Under the pieces are notes generated by a model. It was not told the DNA's origin. It did no database searches and saw only the letters and a list, made by a program, of their open reading frames with translations. A DNA stretch of 34,694 nt, taken from IMG/VR virus record IMGVR_UViG_3300031184_000007, positions 1 to 34,694 of that record; one strand, given 5' to 3'. Below, piece by piece: positions 15,977-26,264 of the stretch. How positions within the stretch are numbered: the first letter of the stretch is position 1; every line of letters begins with the position of its first letter. The position numbers and the translations under genes were made by a program. Origin of the DNA: a virus (Duplodnaviria > Caudoviricetes).

Positions 15977-18295
15977 CTAATTCACCTGTCCGCCCAAACG
16001 ACTGCCCACCGCGCCAACCTGCGTCACAAACGAGATACCGTCAATCGCGGCACCGGCCGCGCCGCCATTGCCACCGAACAGTGAACTTGCCGGCAAGCTT
16101 TGACCATCATTACCAACGACGCCAGGTGTGCCGCCGTTACCGCCGTCGAGATCCGTAGCACCACCGCCGTCACCACCCAGGCCGCCCGCGTCCTGCGTTC
16201 CAGGGTCGCCCGGTGACGGGCTTGACGTGCTCGTGGTGACATCACCACCGAGACCCGGCACAACACCCGCACCGCCACCACCACCGCCGCCGCGATACCC
16301 ACCACCACCACCACCGCCGCCGCCACCATAAGTGATCGAACCGGCGTCCTCATAAGTAATCGGATATCGCGTATAAAGCGCCGTACCACCGGGAAAGCCA
16401 TTCAACGGCGAACCGGTGTTAGAACCGTTGGCATTACCGCCAACACCGCCCGCGCCACCCGCGCCGCGTATCTCGCCATTGTTTACGAGATGGATGGACA
16501 CACCGCCGGGCCATGTTCCGACGTCGAATGATGGCGTGGCGGTGTCGACTGAACCGACGATCACCGCACTTTCAATAATGCATGTCACGGTGATCGAAGG
16601 GGACTCGAACGCAACCGGAACCGGGAAAATACCATCATGGATCGTGCGCAGATTCACATTGTTTATGTTGCTGTCGATGATGATGGTTCGGTCGATCAAG
16701 TCCGCCGGGTCGAGCGCTTCGAAAAGCATTTCCTCAGCTTCGACCGTGAACTTTTCAGCAACACCGTTCAACCTGGTGATCTGAATTGGCGCGAGCGCAC
16801 GCGCACCAAAAGCATCCTGTATTGACCAATTGCCGACCTGGTACCCACCGCCTAACACCGGATCGTCGACCGAATCGCGGAACACCTCAAAGGTGAACCG
16901 ACGCGGTGGAACCTGGAACCGACCGAGCTGGATATCGTTCAACCGCTCGGCGGTATCGCGGCCAAACGCAGGTATCCAGCGCGAGAAGATTTTCAGGATT
17001 GCCGCTTGGCCTTCGTCCGTCTCGGCTTGCAGATTGACTGTCGCAAGGGTCGAGCGGAAATTGTCCGGCTCGTCGATCGGCCGGAGCGGGTTGCGCTGGC
17101 CGTAATAGGTCCAGATTTGCGATGCTCTAAGGTTCGGCTGTTCGGTGACCTGCAATGAACCCTGCAAGGTGTTCTCATCGTCGAACGTGAAAGCGTCCAC
17201 CGAGATCGCGCGCAGCACCTTAAGGTTGATCTTTTGGTTGACGTCATCCCACCACATCGCAAGGGCGGCCTGCTCGATCAGCTCACTAACTAGGGTGTTA
17301 ACGTCCGTCGGCTCCGCGATCGTTGCACCATACAACCGTTGCAGAAACGATCCCGTCTCATTCGTCCAATCGTTCAAAATGATATATGACGGTGGTACCA
17401 GCGCATAGGTCGTGAACAAATCATAAATGATGTCAGCCGGATCTTGACCAACATATTGCAAACAAAGCTGAACCCGGTCTTGCACGTCATGTGCGGCGGC
17501 CGTCGTTCCCAATTGCCCACGCACGATCGTCAGCACGTCACCGACGCGCGTAAAACTCATAATCTCACTGCCGCCGATGGCGACATATCCCGATGCGGGA
17601 TATTCCGCCGCACCAATACCGGACGGTGAAAGCGTTGCCGACAAGGCCGCAGCCGATATGCCGGCGACAAGAAACCCGTTCGACACAGTCGGCGCTTGCG
17701 CACGATCGCCATCGGCAAGCTTCAAGACATCCTTACCAATCAGGCTATATTCACCGGCCGGTGTCGGACCATCGAACGATTCAATGATATAGTGCCGTGT
17801 GTCCATCTCGGCGAGCGTTTGACCAATGAACCCACGGATCAACCGGATTGCTCGACCTTTAAGGAACGGTTGACGCGCACGCCATTTGCCCCAAAACGAT
17901 CCCTGCTCAAATGGATTGTAAGACCGTTCGGCGTAGTATTTATCAAAACCGGGACCCGTATCACTGTGTGGATGATCCCTGAACTTAACATTCAACGTTG
18001 CGCGCTGACCCAAGTCCTTACCGAGGCTAATCGTTGCCGGCGAGAACGAGACACCACCAATCGAGGGTATCGCCGGGATATCGGTCGGAAGATAATCGCA
18101 ATCGATGGCAAACCGGATGGTCACAGGGTCATTGATGAAATGCACCCGATCTTGGCACGTCTTCAGGCTGTTGAAGCATTTGTCTGTACCAGTCACACCG
18201 ACGGCCGCCGTGCAAGGCGCGATTCCATAGGTGTTCGCGCAATGATCGATATCGACCTCGACATATGTCAACGATCGCTTGCCCTCGCCGGTCAT
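15977..18295 (-). CDS. baseplate hub / central tail tip protein with Gly-rich C-terminus
   Basis: Position after the distal tail gene; N-terminal Cys cluster (C..YG...C...KCFN...TC); poly-Gly tip. Confidence 0.85.
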   Translation of the reverse strand: MTGEGKRSLTYVEVDIDHCANTYGIAPCTAAVGVTGTDKCFNSLKTCQDRVHFINDPVTIRFAIDCDYLPTDIPAIPSIGGVSFSPATISLGKDLGQRATLNVKFRDHPHSDTGPGFDKYYAERSYNPFEQGSFWGKWRARQPFLKGRAIRLIRGFIGQTLAEMDTRHYIIESFDGPTPAGEYSLIGKDVLKLADGDRAQAPTVSNGFLVAGISAAALSATLSPSGIGAAEYPASGYVAIGGSEIMSFTRVGDVLTIVRGQLGTTAAAHDVQDRVQLCLQYVGQDPADIIYDLFTTYALVPPSYIILNDWTNETGSFLQRLYGATIAEPTDVNTLVSELIEQAALAMWWDDVNQKINLKVLRAISVDAFTFDDENTLQGSLQVTEQPNLRASQIWTYYGQRNPLRPIDEPDNFRSTLATVNLQAETDEGQAAILKIFSRWIPAFGRDTAERLNDIQLGRFQVPPRRFTFEVFRDSVDDPVLGGGYQVGNWSIQDAFGARALAPIQITRLNGVAEKFTVEAEEMLFEALDPADLIDRTIIIDSNINNVNLRTIHDGIFPVPVAFESPSITVTCIIESAVIVGSVDTATPSFDVGTWPGGVSIHLVNNGEIRGAGGAGGVGGNANGSNTGSPLNGFPGGTALYTRYPITYEDAGSITYGGGGGGGGGGYRGGGGGGGAGVVPGLGGDVTTSTSSPSPGDPGTQDAGGLGGDGGGATDLDGGNGGTPGVVGNDGQSLPASSLFGGNGGAAGAAIDGISFVTQVGAVGSRLGGQVN

Positions 18296-19143
18296 TAAAC
18301 GATACCAGTCATTTTGAAGCTGATTTGCATCATCCCATTAGAACGTTGGTTCGTTGGTTGCGGCTCGTCAGTAATCCAACCGTAACCAACTTCATAAGGG
18401 TAATCGAGCGGTCGCCACGCGAAAAAGAACGGGTTCAACTGCGCGGCGTCTATGAACGGGTCCATGTAAGCGCGGTACCATGCCGGCGTTAGGTTTGCGA
18501 GATCAACACCGGTCATCCGACTTGCACCGATCAGGATGCGGCCAAGGAAATTACCGCTCTCACTCTTGCCCGCGACGATGCGCGGCGAGCGACCATAGGG
18601 AATCGGCGTATGTCCGACATAAATGCGCCGCTGCAAAAGCAACAGCTTCCCGACATAAACCACGGCCGCCGTCGGCGCGACCGGCGTTGACGCTCGCGAA
18701 GGCTGGAGGCGCACCCGGACCGCGTACAAGGCTTGCGGCTCAAACCGGAAAATCACAGGGCCATCCGTAGGCAAGAATGAGTCCGCGATCACCTCGACCC
18801 ATGAACCGCCGTTCTGTGATTGGATCTCGACCGACACCGGGATGAGACCGGTTGCGAAATTGTGCCGCGCGATCCCGACATAATCGACGTCTTCGGTGGT
18901 ATCGAGCACAACCGTGATATATTCGTCACCCGTCGGCGAACCGTTGAGACCGACCCATACCAGATGCGTCGCCGGGTTCGCCAGGTTCACAGCCGGGTTA
19001 TTAGGATCTTCGGAAGTGGTGCTGATATTGGAAATCGTGACCAGGTTTTGATAGCCAACAAGCGGACTATTGCCATTGAGGCTGTCACCGATGATCGACC
19101 GGGTGAGGCTGACAACCAAACTGCTCGATATTACGACGCTCAT
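18295..19143 (-). CDS. distal tail-like virion protein
   Basis: Directly after the tape measure; beta-rich; PFFFAWRP motif; TAATG coupling. Confidence 0.8.
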   Translation of the reverse strand: MSVVISSSLVVSLTRSIIGDSLNGNSPLVGYQNLVTISNISTTSEDPNNPAVNLANPATHLVWVGLNGSPTGDEYITVVLDTTEDVDYVGIARHNFATGLIPVSVEIQSQNGGSWVEVIADSFLPTDGPVIFRFEPQALYAVRVRLQPSRASTPVAPTAAVVYVGKLLLLQRRIYVGHTPIPYGRSPRIVAGKSESGNFLGRILIGASRMTGVDLANLTPAWYRAYMDPFIDAAQLNPFFFAWRPLDYPYEVGYGWITDEPQPTNQRSNGMMQISFKMTGIV

Positions 19144-19154
19144 TGTGCCCTCGC

Positions 19155-20933
19155 CTATGCCCGGTCAAGGATCACTTTGCCGCCATCGCGTTGGTAAGCA
19201 AGCAATGATTCAGCGAAATTGCGCACCACGTCACCGCTGAACATTTGCGTAGGTGAAATGCCTTGGACGAAAAGCGTTTGGTTCACACCCCCTTGCGTCG
19301 AGGTCGAGCCCGACCCGGTCCCGGTATCAGCGCTGGCGGTGGCTCCGCTCCCGCTGTCACCGCCTCCCGTGCTGCCCTTGGACGTCTTGCGGATGTTCGC
19401 GACCTGTGCGAGCCCGGCCGCCACCACCGACGCGGCAACCGCAAAGTTGAACGGTGGCGGGTACGCGGCGAGCGCCTTCGTGGCACCCTCAAAGGTGTTG
19501 ATCAGCGCCGAGGCGATCGCCACCGCCTTGGAATTGCTGAACACCTTTTCCAGGTTGCTGGCGATCGCCGATGCCATACCAGCATAGGCACCTACGGCAA
19601 CGAGCGTTGCTTTCTGCATCGCACGGCCGTAGGTGTCCGCATCGATCGCACCAGCTTGAAGCAGGCGATTCAGTTTGTCTTGCCGGTCTAACATCGCCTC
19701 TTCAGGCGTGGCCGTCTCGTCGATGATCTTTTTGCCTTCGCGCCGGAGCGTGTTGTATCGATCAAGTTCTTGATTCATTATTCGTTGCGCTTCATGCTCC
19801 GCCTGCAACCGCTTAGCCTTTTCGTCATCCGTTTCTTTGATATCCGGAAGCTTGACGGGTGTGTCAGCCGGCTTGGGTCCCATTATACCGGAGGTGGTAC
19901 GATCAAGCTCGCCTTGCGCAACGGCAAGTTGCTGGTTAAGCGCGTCAAGTTGGCCCTGCCGCGTTTTCACGATATTTTCCAGCCCCACGGCGCCGGGTTG
20001 CTTGGCAAGCTTCGCCTCAGCCTCAGCGAGCGCATTCGCCGCGTCCGTGACCTTCACTGTTAGCTGTGTGACCTGCTCGGCGGCTGTCGTGCTAAACGCT
20101 TCCTTGATCGCCGTGCTAATTCCTTGAATGCTGACAATGACTTGTGTCGCGATATTGACGAGATCGATTAGCAGCGGCGCAACTAAAATGATCGCGTTCT
20201 TAAGAGTTACGCCGAATGCCTCAGATGATTCATCAGCGGCGACAGTTAATTTTCGGATAGCCTCGGCAAATTCCGTACCTGTTTGAACACTCGCTTTTGA
20301 AACGACAAGACCGAGACCGCTCGCCTCATCCGACATTTTCTTTATGCCGGCGCTTCCATTTTCTAAAAAGCGTGTCAGTTCCTCAGTGTTCGCACCAAAA
20401 GCAGCATTCGCAAGTTCACTTCGTTTGGCGTTATCGGTAAGCTCGTTGTAATGATCGGCCAATAATTTGAGCGCGTCAGAAACATCTTTTGTTCCACGCA
20501 AGGTATTCAGAAAAGCAAGATCGTTTTCTTTCAGCTTATCGACAAGTTCACCACTTCCGTCGAATGCTTCCTTAAGCCGATCTTTGAACGTCTTGAGTGT
20601 TTCGTTGAACGTCTCGTGACTAATGCCGGCTTGCAGCGCGACATGTCCCAATTCTTGCAATTGGTCGGTGGTGATCCCGATACCGTCCGCCGTCTTGGCA
20701 AGGTCGTGGAGACTGTCGGCGGCCGCCTTGATGCCGGCGAGCGTGAGGCCCGCGCCGATGGCGACCAGGCCGCCTTTAAGCGCCGTGCCGATCGTGGCGC
20801 CAATCTCGGAAGCCTTGGCGGCCAGCGCTTCCATTGCGCTTTCCGCCGACTTGCCACCCTTGATGAATTCCGCCGCGTCCAGCGCCAGGCGAACCCGCAA
20901 TGACCCAATTTCGCTAGTCGTCGCCATCGCCAT
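19155..20933 (-). CDS. tail tape measure protein
   Basis: IGSLRVRLALDAAEF N-terminus, Ala-rich helical body; follows the tail chaperone. Confidence 0.92.
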   Translation of the reverse strand: MAMATTSEIGSLRVRLALDAAEFIKGGKSAESAMEALAAKASEIGATIGTALKGGLVAIGAGLTLAGIKAAADSLHDLAKTADGIGITTDQLQELGHVALQAGISHETFNETLKTFKDRLKEAFDGSGELVDKLKENDLAFLNTLRGTKDVSDALKLLADHYNELTDNAKRSELANAAFGANTEELTRFLENGSAGIKKMSDEASGLGLVVSKASVQTGTEFAEAIRKLTVAADESSEAFGVTLKNAIILVAPLLIDLVNIATQVIVSIQGISTAIKEAFSTTAAEQVTQLTVKVTDAANALAEAEAKLAKQPGAVGLENIVKTRQGQLDALNQQLAVAQGELDRTTSGIMGPKPADTPVKLPDIKETDDEKAKRLQAEHEAQRIMNQELDRYNTLRREGKKIIDETATPEEAMLDRQDKLNRLLQAGAIDADTYGRAMQKATLVAVGAYAGMASAIASNLEKVFSNSKAVAIASALINTFEGATKALAAYPPPFNFAVAASVVAAGLAQVANIRKTSKGSTGGGDSGSGATASADTGTGSGSTSTQGGVNQTLFVQGISPTQMFSGDVVRNFAESLLAYQRDGGKVILDRA

Positions 20934-21455
20934 ATGCCTCGCTATAGATCGCGGCTACCTCATCCTCTGACATGCCGGCATAGTCCGGCGCCGGTTTGAG
21001 GTGTTCTATCCACCACCACACCTCACCCGGTTGCAATGCCCAAAATGCGGACGGTGCTATTTTCCCCGTGCAGACGAGCGCTTGATAGACGCCTTTGACG
21101 ATTTTAGGTTTCCCCTTGCCGCGCCCCCTGCCCCTGGTTGATTAGCCGCAGCAATGACAGACGGTGGAATCATCATGGCGAGTAAAGTGTTAACAGAATT
21201 ACGAACATTGCTGGACATATTACCGCTAAACATGCCGACATACACTTGTTCATCTGTGATTTTCGCGCCAGCATAACGCATCACATCGCCATATGCACGC
21301 GCGAGACCAACAAGGGAAAGCTTTTGCTTCTGGTTGGCGTCAGCGAGATCTTGAAATGTATAATGTTCTTCTATGATTGCGATCGCACCGAGGATCTTAT
21401 CCGGTGCGATCGTGTAAACTTCTTCACCCCAAATTAGGTCAACTGCTTCAAACAT
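20914..21455 (-). CDS. tail assembly chaperone, long form (G-T, about 180 aa) via -1 frameshift
   Basis: In-frame G GGA AAC at 21114-21108; the -1 frame reads IVKGVYQALVCTGKIAPSAFWALQPGEVWWWIE... to TAG at 20916-20914. Confidence 0.8.
21057..21455 (-). CDS. tail assembly chaperone, short form
   Basis: Between the tail tube and tape measure genes. Confidence 0.85.
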   Translation of the reverse strand: MFEAVDLIWGEEVYTIAPDKILGAIAIIEEHYTFQDLADANQKQKLSLVGLARAYGDVMRYAGAKITDEQVYVGMFSGNMSSNVRNSVNTLLAMMIPPSVIAAANQPGAGGAARGNLKSSKASIKRSSARGK

Positions 21456-21457
21456 GA

Positions 21458-21853
21458 TTATCCCGGCGTGAAGGTGACGACGCCGGACGATTGCAACGTC
21501 GATTGAAAGGTTGTGGCTTCCTTATAATTCTCGCCTTCGGTGTAAGTTGTCATGAAGAAATCACCGGAGATCGTCGAGCCATCCGGATAGCGCAGAGTGA
21601 TGTTATTCATACGCTCGCGCGCGAACCACGCGGCTTTCATCCGCGTATCCTTGGTGACACCACTAAGTGTGATATTCACCTGGTCTTCGGCCGGTATCGT
21701 CAACAATGTGCGAACGCCGTCGTCTTCATCGCTGGTGATGTCGATCGCTTCACCGTTGCACTCGACTCCCTTTTCGCGAACACCCTGGACTTGATCACCA
21801 GGGGAATTACCACCGAAGAAGAAATCGACTTGCCGTCCTACTCGTGCCGTCAT
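21458..21853 (-). CDS. major tail (tube) protein, TP901-1/GTA-like
   Basis: NGEAIDITSDEDDG, SGDFF...EATTFQSTLQSSGVVTFT. Confidence 0.9.
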   Translation of the reverse strand: MTARVGRQVDFFFGGNSPGDQVQGVREKGVECNGEAIDITSDEDDGVRTLLTIPAEDQVNITLSGVTKDTRMKAAWFARERMNNITLRYPDGSTISGDFFMTTYTEGENYKEATTFQSTLQSSGVVTFTPG

Positions 21854-22251
21854 GGGGCTTCCCCTGTTGTTACGACGAAATCCAAAGTCACATGAAACGG
21901 ATATTCGGTCTGATCGCCACCACCTTCGCGAAAATCCCGTTCGTCTTCAAGGATGATCACAGCGAAGAAAACACCGAACGCTGTTCCGAAAAAGAAACTC
22001 AACACGTTCCGCACGGCCGCCGCAATCGCTTTCGTTTCAGTGTAGGTCATCGCCCAACCGTCGACCTGCACCCGCCGGACTTCGTGACCCGTCTCGCCAT
22101 CGTCCGCGTACTCCGGCCCGCCGTCGACGGAAAACAAACTGATCGACGGAAAGGCCGAACCTTGCGGCCGCGACAACGGATAAACGCGCGTGCCAACGAT
22201 CGCCGCGACACTGGCATCCGCGAGCAACATGCTGATGATTGCCGCTTCCAC
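21850..22251 (-). CDS. tail terminator (DUF3168-like)
   Basis: LLADASVAAIVGTRVYP...RVQVDGWA; gene order. Confidence 0.88.
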   Translation of the reverse strand: MEAAIISMLLADASVAAIVGTRVYPLSRPQGSAFPSISLFSVDGGPEYADDGETGHEVRRVQVDGWAMTYTETKAIAAAVRNVLSFFFGTAFGVFFAVIILEDERDFREGGGDQTEYPFHVTLDFVVTTGEAP

Positions 22252-22665
22252 CTAGCCCCCCAATGCTTTCCGGATCTCCGCCCAAAGCTCCGTCTCGATA
22301 TCGGCGAGCAGCTTGACCTTACCCGCGTCCCATGCCGGTCGCATGAACGGTTGCGCGTGAAACTCGGATGTGCCGAACTCCTGCAAGCTCGCCTGCGGCA
22401 ACGGACCCGCACCCGCGAAGATCTCGACGTCGCCAGCTTCCCCCTTGTGCAACGAGCGCTGGCGCTTCGACAACCGCGTGCCAACATGGATCGACCGCTT
22501 AAGCGTTCCGGACAATTTCGGCGCCAACTCTTCGGCATGGTCGGCAATCGGCTGCATCACCTTTTTGCCGACACGCTGGAGAACGCCCTTAGCAACGCCC
22601 TTGGGAAGCTGTTTAAGCTTGGCGTTCAATGCGCTGAAACCCTCGACCTTGACCCGCTCGACCAT
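22252..22665 (-). CDS. HK97 gp10-like tail completion protein
   Basis: AP..SGTLKRSI, EFGT...AQPFMRPAWD. Confidence 0.9.
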   Translation of the reverse strand: MVERVKVEGFSALNAKLKQLPKGVAKGVLQRVGKKVMQPIADHAEELAPKLSGTLKRSIHVGTRLSKRQRSLHKGEAGDVEIFAGAGPLPQASLQEFGTSEFHAQPFMRPAWDAGKVKLLADIETELWAEIRKALGG

Positions 22666-23288
22666 TAACCACCTGTCCTGTGTACATGACCGGTTACAAA
22701 AAAGTAATGATCAACCAAACCGGTAAGATTATCGTTCAAATGAACACGAAGCGAATAACCTATTGGTAACGATATCCATGAACCAGGGTCATTGAAATGC
22801 CATTGAGCAGAAACAAAATTATCACCACTGCCAAAATCATCAGCACGCATATTAAACGCACCCCTCGACCATCCAGCATTTGACTTAACAGGAATTCCAT
22901 CTGTTAAATCTATCACGGCAACATTTGAAGCATTGTGAATTTTTACACTAACACCGTTCGTCAATGCCGCGATATTTCCATATTCATTAGCAGATAACGC
23001 CGAACCATCTCGAATATGTATGTTCAACGCTTGTATTAAATTACTAGAAATTCCGGGTTGAGTTGTAATTTTAAAATCTTGAGCTACTGAACTATAGTCA
23101 CCATTTGCATTTTTAGTTCCAGAACCATCGCCGTTCGTGTCCAAATATCTGAACAATAAATCTTCTGGAGGCGTTCCCGCTTGAATAACTCTTAATGCAC
23201 CTTCATGATAGCCTTGTCCGAGTTGTAAGAATAGTTCGTCATCTCGGATATGTTCCAATGCCGTTATGGCAATACGGGCGGCTGGCAT
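22665..23288 (-). CDS. hypothetical beta-rich protein, possible virion decoration
   Basis: AGGA RBS, TAATG coupling, low GC; inserted in the neck module. Confidence 0.7.
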   Translation of the reverse strand: MPAARIAITALEHIRDDELFLQLGQGYHEGALRVIQAGTPPEDLLFRYLDTNGDGSGTKNANGDYSSVAQDFKITTQPGISSNLIQALNIHIRDGSALSANEYGNIAALTNGVSVKIHNASNVAVIDLTDGIPVKSNAGWSRGAFNMRADDFGSGDNFVSAQWHFNDPGSWISLPIGYSLRVHLNDNLTGLVDHYFFVTGHVHRTGG

Positions 23289-23303
23289 GTGACCATCCTT
23301 ATG

Positions 23304-23909
23304 TCACGGTGCATATTCGAGCGCGAATCTACCACACTTTTCCGACGGGTCAGGTATCCGACAAACGACCTCGAAACCAAGCGCGGCAAGCTGTGTCAAT
23401 CCCGACGTGCCGGTACGAATGTCGAGCACGACCAGGCCACCGGGATTGAGCGACCGAACCACCGATTCGGCATATACGCTAACCGGATAATGATGGCCCC
23501 ACGACCGCGAAGAAATGATCAGATCAACCGCCAGGTGAAACGGACGCGGCGCGTGGATGGTCACAGGGGGACAGGCCGGCACGTTCGCGCGCATCATCGC
23601 CGCGCCGGCCGCCACGTCACCCCACGCGGTCATCGTTTGCTTGAAGCCCCTATCCTGCGCGCCGGTGCCGTCGCCATCGAGCAGATGGACACGCACGCCC
23701 GGCCAAGCGCGCGCGAGATGCACATCGATCAGCGCCAGGCCGCAGCCGATATCGAGCAGCGACTCCGGCGGCCGCCGGCCGGCGAGCACTGGCCAGAGCG
23801 CGGCGAACTTTTGCACGGCCGCCAGTTCGATCAGCGGGCAACTGTAATCGAGATCCCGCCCGGTCCGGATCAGATAGTCGCGGACCTGGTCGGGCCAAAC
23901 TATCGACAT
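23304..23909 (-). CDS. class I SAM methyltransferase (paralog group A)
   Basis: LLDIGCG, HLLDGDG, SWGHHYP, LNPGG. Confidence 0.88.
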   Translation of the reverse strand: MSIVWPDQVRDYLIRTGRDLDYSCPLIELAAVQKFAALWPVLAGRRPPESLLDIGCGLALIDVHLARAWPGVRVHLLDGDGTGAQDRGFKQTMTAWGDVAAGAAMMRANVPACPPVTIHAPRPFHLAVDLIISSRSWGHHYPVSVYAESVVRSLNPGGLVVLDIRTGTSGLTQLAALGFEVVCRIPDPSEKCGRFALEYAP

Positions 23910-24484
23910 TGAAAAACGTGTCGGCGGCCGTACTGTTCGACCAGGTCGAAGCCGGCGGCTTGGATCTCGCTCGCCTGCTCGCCATGCAGCCGGTCCGACG
24001 GATGCAGGTCAACCGCGATCAGGCCGCCCGGTTTGAGCGAGCGCGCGGCGAGCGGCAGATATGTCGAGATCGGATAATGCGTTCCCCACGATTTGAACGA
24101 CACGATGACGTCGACCGGTATCGTCAAATCAGGGTCCGACGGGTGCTCGATCACCGCACATGCGGGTGGTAGGTTGGCGCGCGCGAGCGCGCCCGCAAGG
24201 CGAACATCATTCCACGGAGCCGCACCCGCGCGATAGTCATGGAAGATATCGCCGGATCCGTCACCGTCGAGTAGGTGGATTGCGTCGAGGTTGAACCGAA
24301 CCGCAAGCACGATCGCCGCCATACCCAGGCCGCACCCGATATCGAGCAGAGTACGCGGCCGATATTCGGTGAACAGCTCGGCGAGCGTTCCGGCTTGCTT
24401 GTGTGCGCGGGCAATCTGACGTGCAAAGACGTCATTGGTTTTGTTTTTCAGAAGGAATGCCGCGACCTCATCAGGAAATATCAT
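23900..24484 (-). CDS. class I SAM methyltransferase (paralog group A)
   Basis: ATGA coupling to the head closure gene; LLDIGCG, HLLDGDG, SWGTHYP, LKPGG. Confidence 0.88.
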   Translation of the reverse strand: MIFPDEVAAFLLKNKTNDVFARQIARAHKQAGTLAELFTEYRPRTLLDIGCGLGMAAIVLAVRFNLDAIHLLDGDGSGDIFHDYRAGAAPWNDVRLAGALARANLPPACAVIEHPSDPDLTIPVDVIVSFKSWGTHYPISTYLPLAARSLKPGGLIAVDLHPSDRLHGEQASEIQAAGFDLVEQYGRRHVFQCR

Positions 24485-24831
24485 TTGTCCGCACTCGCTA
24501 CGGCGTCGATCTCGATCCATTGCCGCGTTGTGCCGACCCGCTCGCGCGTAGCGGTGATATTGTACAACTTGCCTTCGAAGCTGATACGGTCTTTCGGCGT
24601 CAAGCCCCGCGTGAGGCTCCAATAGCGGACCGTGAACCGGGTCGAAATCTGTGCACCCACCTCAGCCGCTCGATAGCCTTCCGCCGCGCTCGCGTCAGCC
24701 CGCTGCGCCGATATTGTGCCGATGTCGCCCCACACCTCCACCGGTTCGTTATACGGCGTGCTCGTGGTCACTGTGGCGCGCTGGAGGGTAATCCGCCGGT
24801 CGAGGTCGCCGGCTTGCAACTGTGCTGGCAT
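24481..24831 (-). CDS. head closure / head-tail adaptor (SPP1 gp16-like)
   Basis: AGDLDRRITLQR...TRFTVRY...KDRI...YNI. Confidence 0.9.
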   Translation of the reverse strand: MPAQLQAGDLDRRITLQRATVTTSTPYNEPVEVWGDIGTISAQRADASAAEGYRAAEVGAQISTRFTVRYWSLTRGLTPKDRISFEGKLYNITATRERVGTTRQWIEIDAVASADK

Positions 24832-24840
24832 GATATCCCC

Positions 24841-25539
24841 CTAGCAGCCGGAGCCACAGCCCCAACCGGCGTTGCTGTCTATGTTCACTTGCCCGCTTCC
24901 GTAGCCGCCGCCGGTATCGTCCAGCGCGATGTAAGCGCCCGCCACGCGGAACGGGGCGATGATCATCTCGGCGCCGTGCGGTGTCGGCGCGGCGTTGGCA
25001 CCGATCACGCTCGACGGGCGGAACTCATACCAATCCGCGACGATCAGCTTGACGCACGCCTTGACGATCTCCGGCACGCGGTCGTTCTCCGGCGAGGCCG
25101 CCGAATAATAGCCGGCTGTGAAGGTGACGCGCACGAGATCCGCATCAGAGGTAGCGAGCAATGACGGCCATGCGACACCGTAAAGCGGAACGATCTCGCC
25201 GCCACGTTCGGTCCCGGCGCCGATCACCCGCCAGTTGCCCGCCTCGGCGAATGTCTGCTCGGCGCCGTTGGTGTCCAAATAGGCAATGCTATCCACGCTG
25301 ATCAGCGGCGGAAACGGCAAACAGATCTTGGCGCCGAAACTACCGAACGACGCACGCAGCCGTTGCGGCCGGAACGCACGGCCGGTGATACCGAACGGAC
25401 CATCGACCCGCTGTTCGGCCGCGATCGTATAAACCTCGATCAAGGAATCATCGTCGGTGTGATCAACCCGCAAGTGCGCCTTCATCTCGGCGAGGCTGAC
25501 CATACGATCACCAGGCTGCTCAAGAACTTCGACAAACAT
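24841..25539 (-). CDS. head-tail connector (gp6/gp15-like)
   Basis: VSLAEMKAHLRVDHTDDDSLI, VRVTFTAGY, VADWYEFR; TGATG coupling. Confidence 0.92.
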   Translation of the reverse strand: MFVEVLEQPGDRMVSLAEMKAHLRVDHTDDDSLIEVYTIAAEQRVDGPFGITGRAFRPQRLRASFGSFGAKICLPFPPLISVDSIAYLDTNGAEQTFAEAGNWRVIGAGTERGGEIVPLYGVAWPSLLATSDADLVRVTFTAGYYSAASPENDRVPEIVKACVKLIVADWYEFRPSSVIGANAAPTPHGAEMIIAPFRVAGAYIALDDTGGGYGSGQVNIDSNAGWGCGSGC

Positions 25540-26264
25540 CACTTGGCCCATGAGGTCAATTCGGCAAAGAATTCCCCCGCATATTCCGCTGTTTCGTATC
25601 CTTTTAACAGCGGATATCCGTCGGTCCAATGCACCAGCGCCGGACTGTCTCCGTTATGTTCCTGATAGAGCTTCGTGTGTCCCACCAAATAATTCCAACG
25701 CGGATGAAGCTCGCCGATTTCCTCATCCTTAAGCCAGCAAAAAGCGTGTAGATCTCGACCGGGTACACTGTTGATTAGTTGGACGGTCAACGCCGCATTG
25801 GCAGGATGATCACAGTTGAAGACCATGACGCTAGACCAATTTTTGCGCGAATATACGGTCTGTATTTGACCGTCCATCTTCACCGCCTCAACTGGCGCGT
25901 GTTGATGCTTGACACATGTCACTGCGTAACGCGGGTCGATCTCGTTGAACAGTTTGCCGAGATTGACCCGCGCCAGGATATCGCAATCCATGAACGCGGC
26001 CATGCCGATGCCGGCGAGATGCGGCGTCAGGAATCGGCTGATGGCAAACTCTGTCGACATCGGCGCTTCGCTGATCACGTCCCATAGCTGGTCGTGCTCG
26101 TGCATCTCCGTTGGCCGCGTATAGAGCCCCATCGCGCGCAGATCGGCCAGCACCACGCCGCGCACCGATGTCGGTCGAGTCAAACGCCGCTCGATACTAT
26201 GCCGGCAAACGGCGTGCGCGGCCGCGTGGCGATGGTCGAAACCGATAAAAATCGACTGTCTCAT
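25539..26264 (-). CDS. GT-A glycosyltransferase (GT8-like)
   Basis: IFIGFD, STEFAISRF, FMDCD (DxD), RKNWSSVMVFN, WNYLVG, HWTDG. Confidence 0.88.
   Translation of the reverse strand: MRQSIFIGFDHRHAAAHAVCRHSIERRLTRPTSVRGVVLADLRAMGLYTRPTEMHEHDQLWDVISEAPMSTEFAISRFLTPHLAGIGMAAFMDCDILARVNLGKLFNEIDPRYAVTCVKHQHAPVEAVKMDGQIQTVYSRKNWSSVMVFNCDHPANAALTVQLINSVPGRDLHAFCWLKDEEIGELHPRWNYLVGHTKLYQEHNGDSPALVHWTDGYPLLKGYETAEYAGEFFAELTSWAK

Noticed and set aside
16260-16330. CCA/CCG trinucleotide-like run and the poly-Pro ORF 16128-16331 (+)
   Set aside because: Simply the reverse strand of poly-Gly codons in the baseplate hub.
14078-18295. Diversity-generating retroelement acting on the fibre
   Set aside because: No reverse transcriptase and no TR/VR repeat pair seen in the window.
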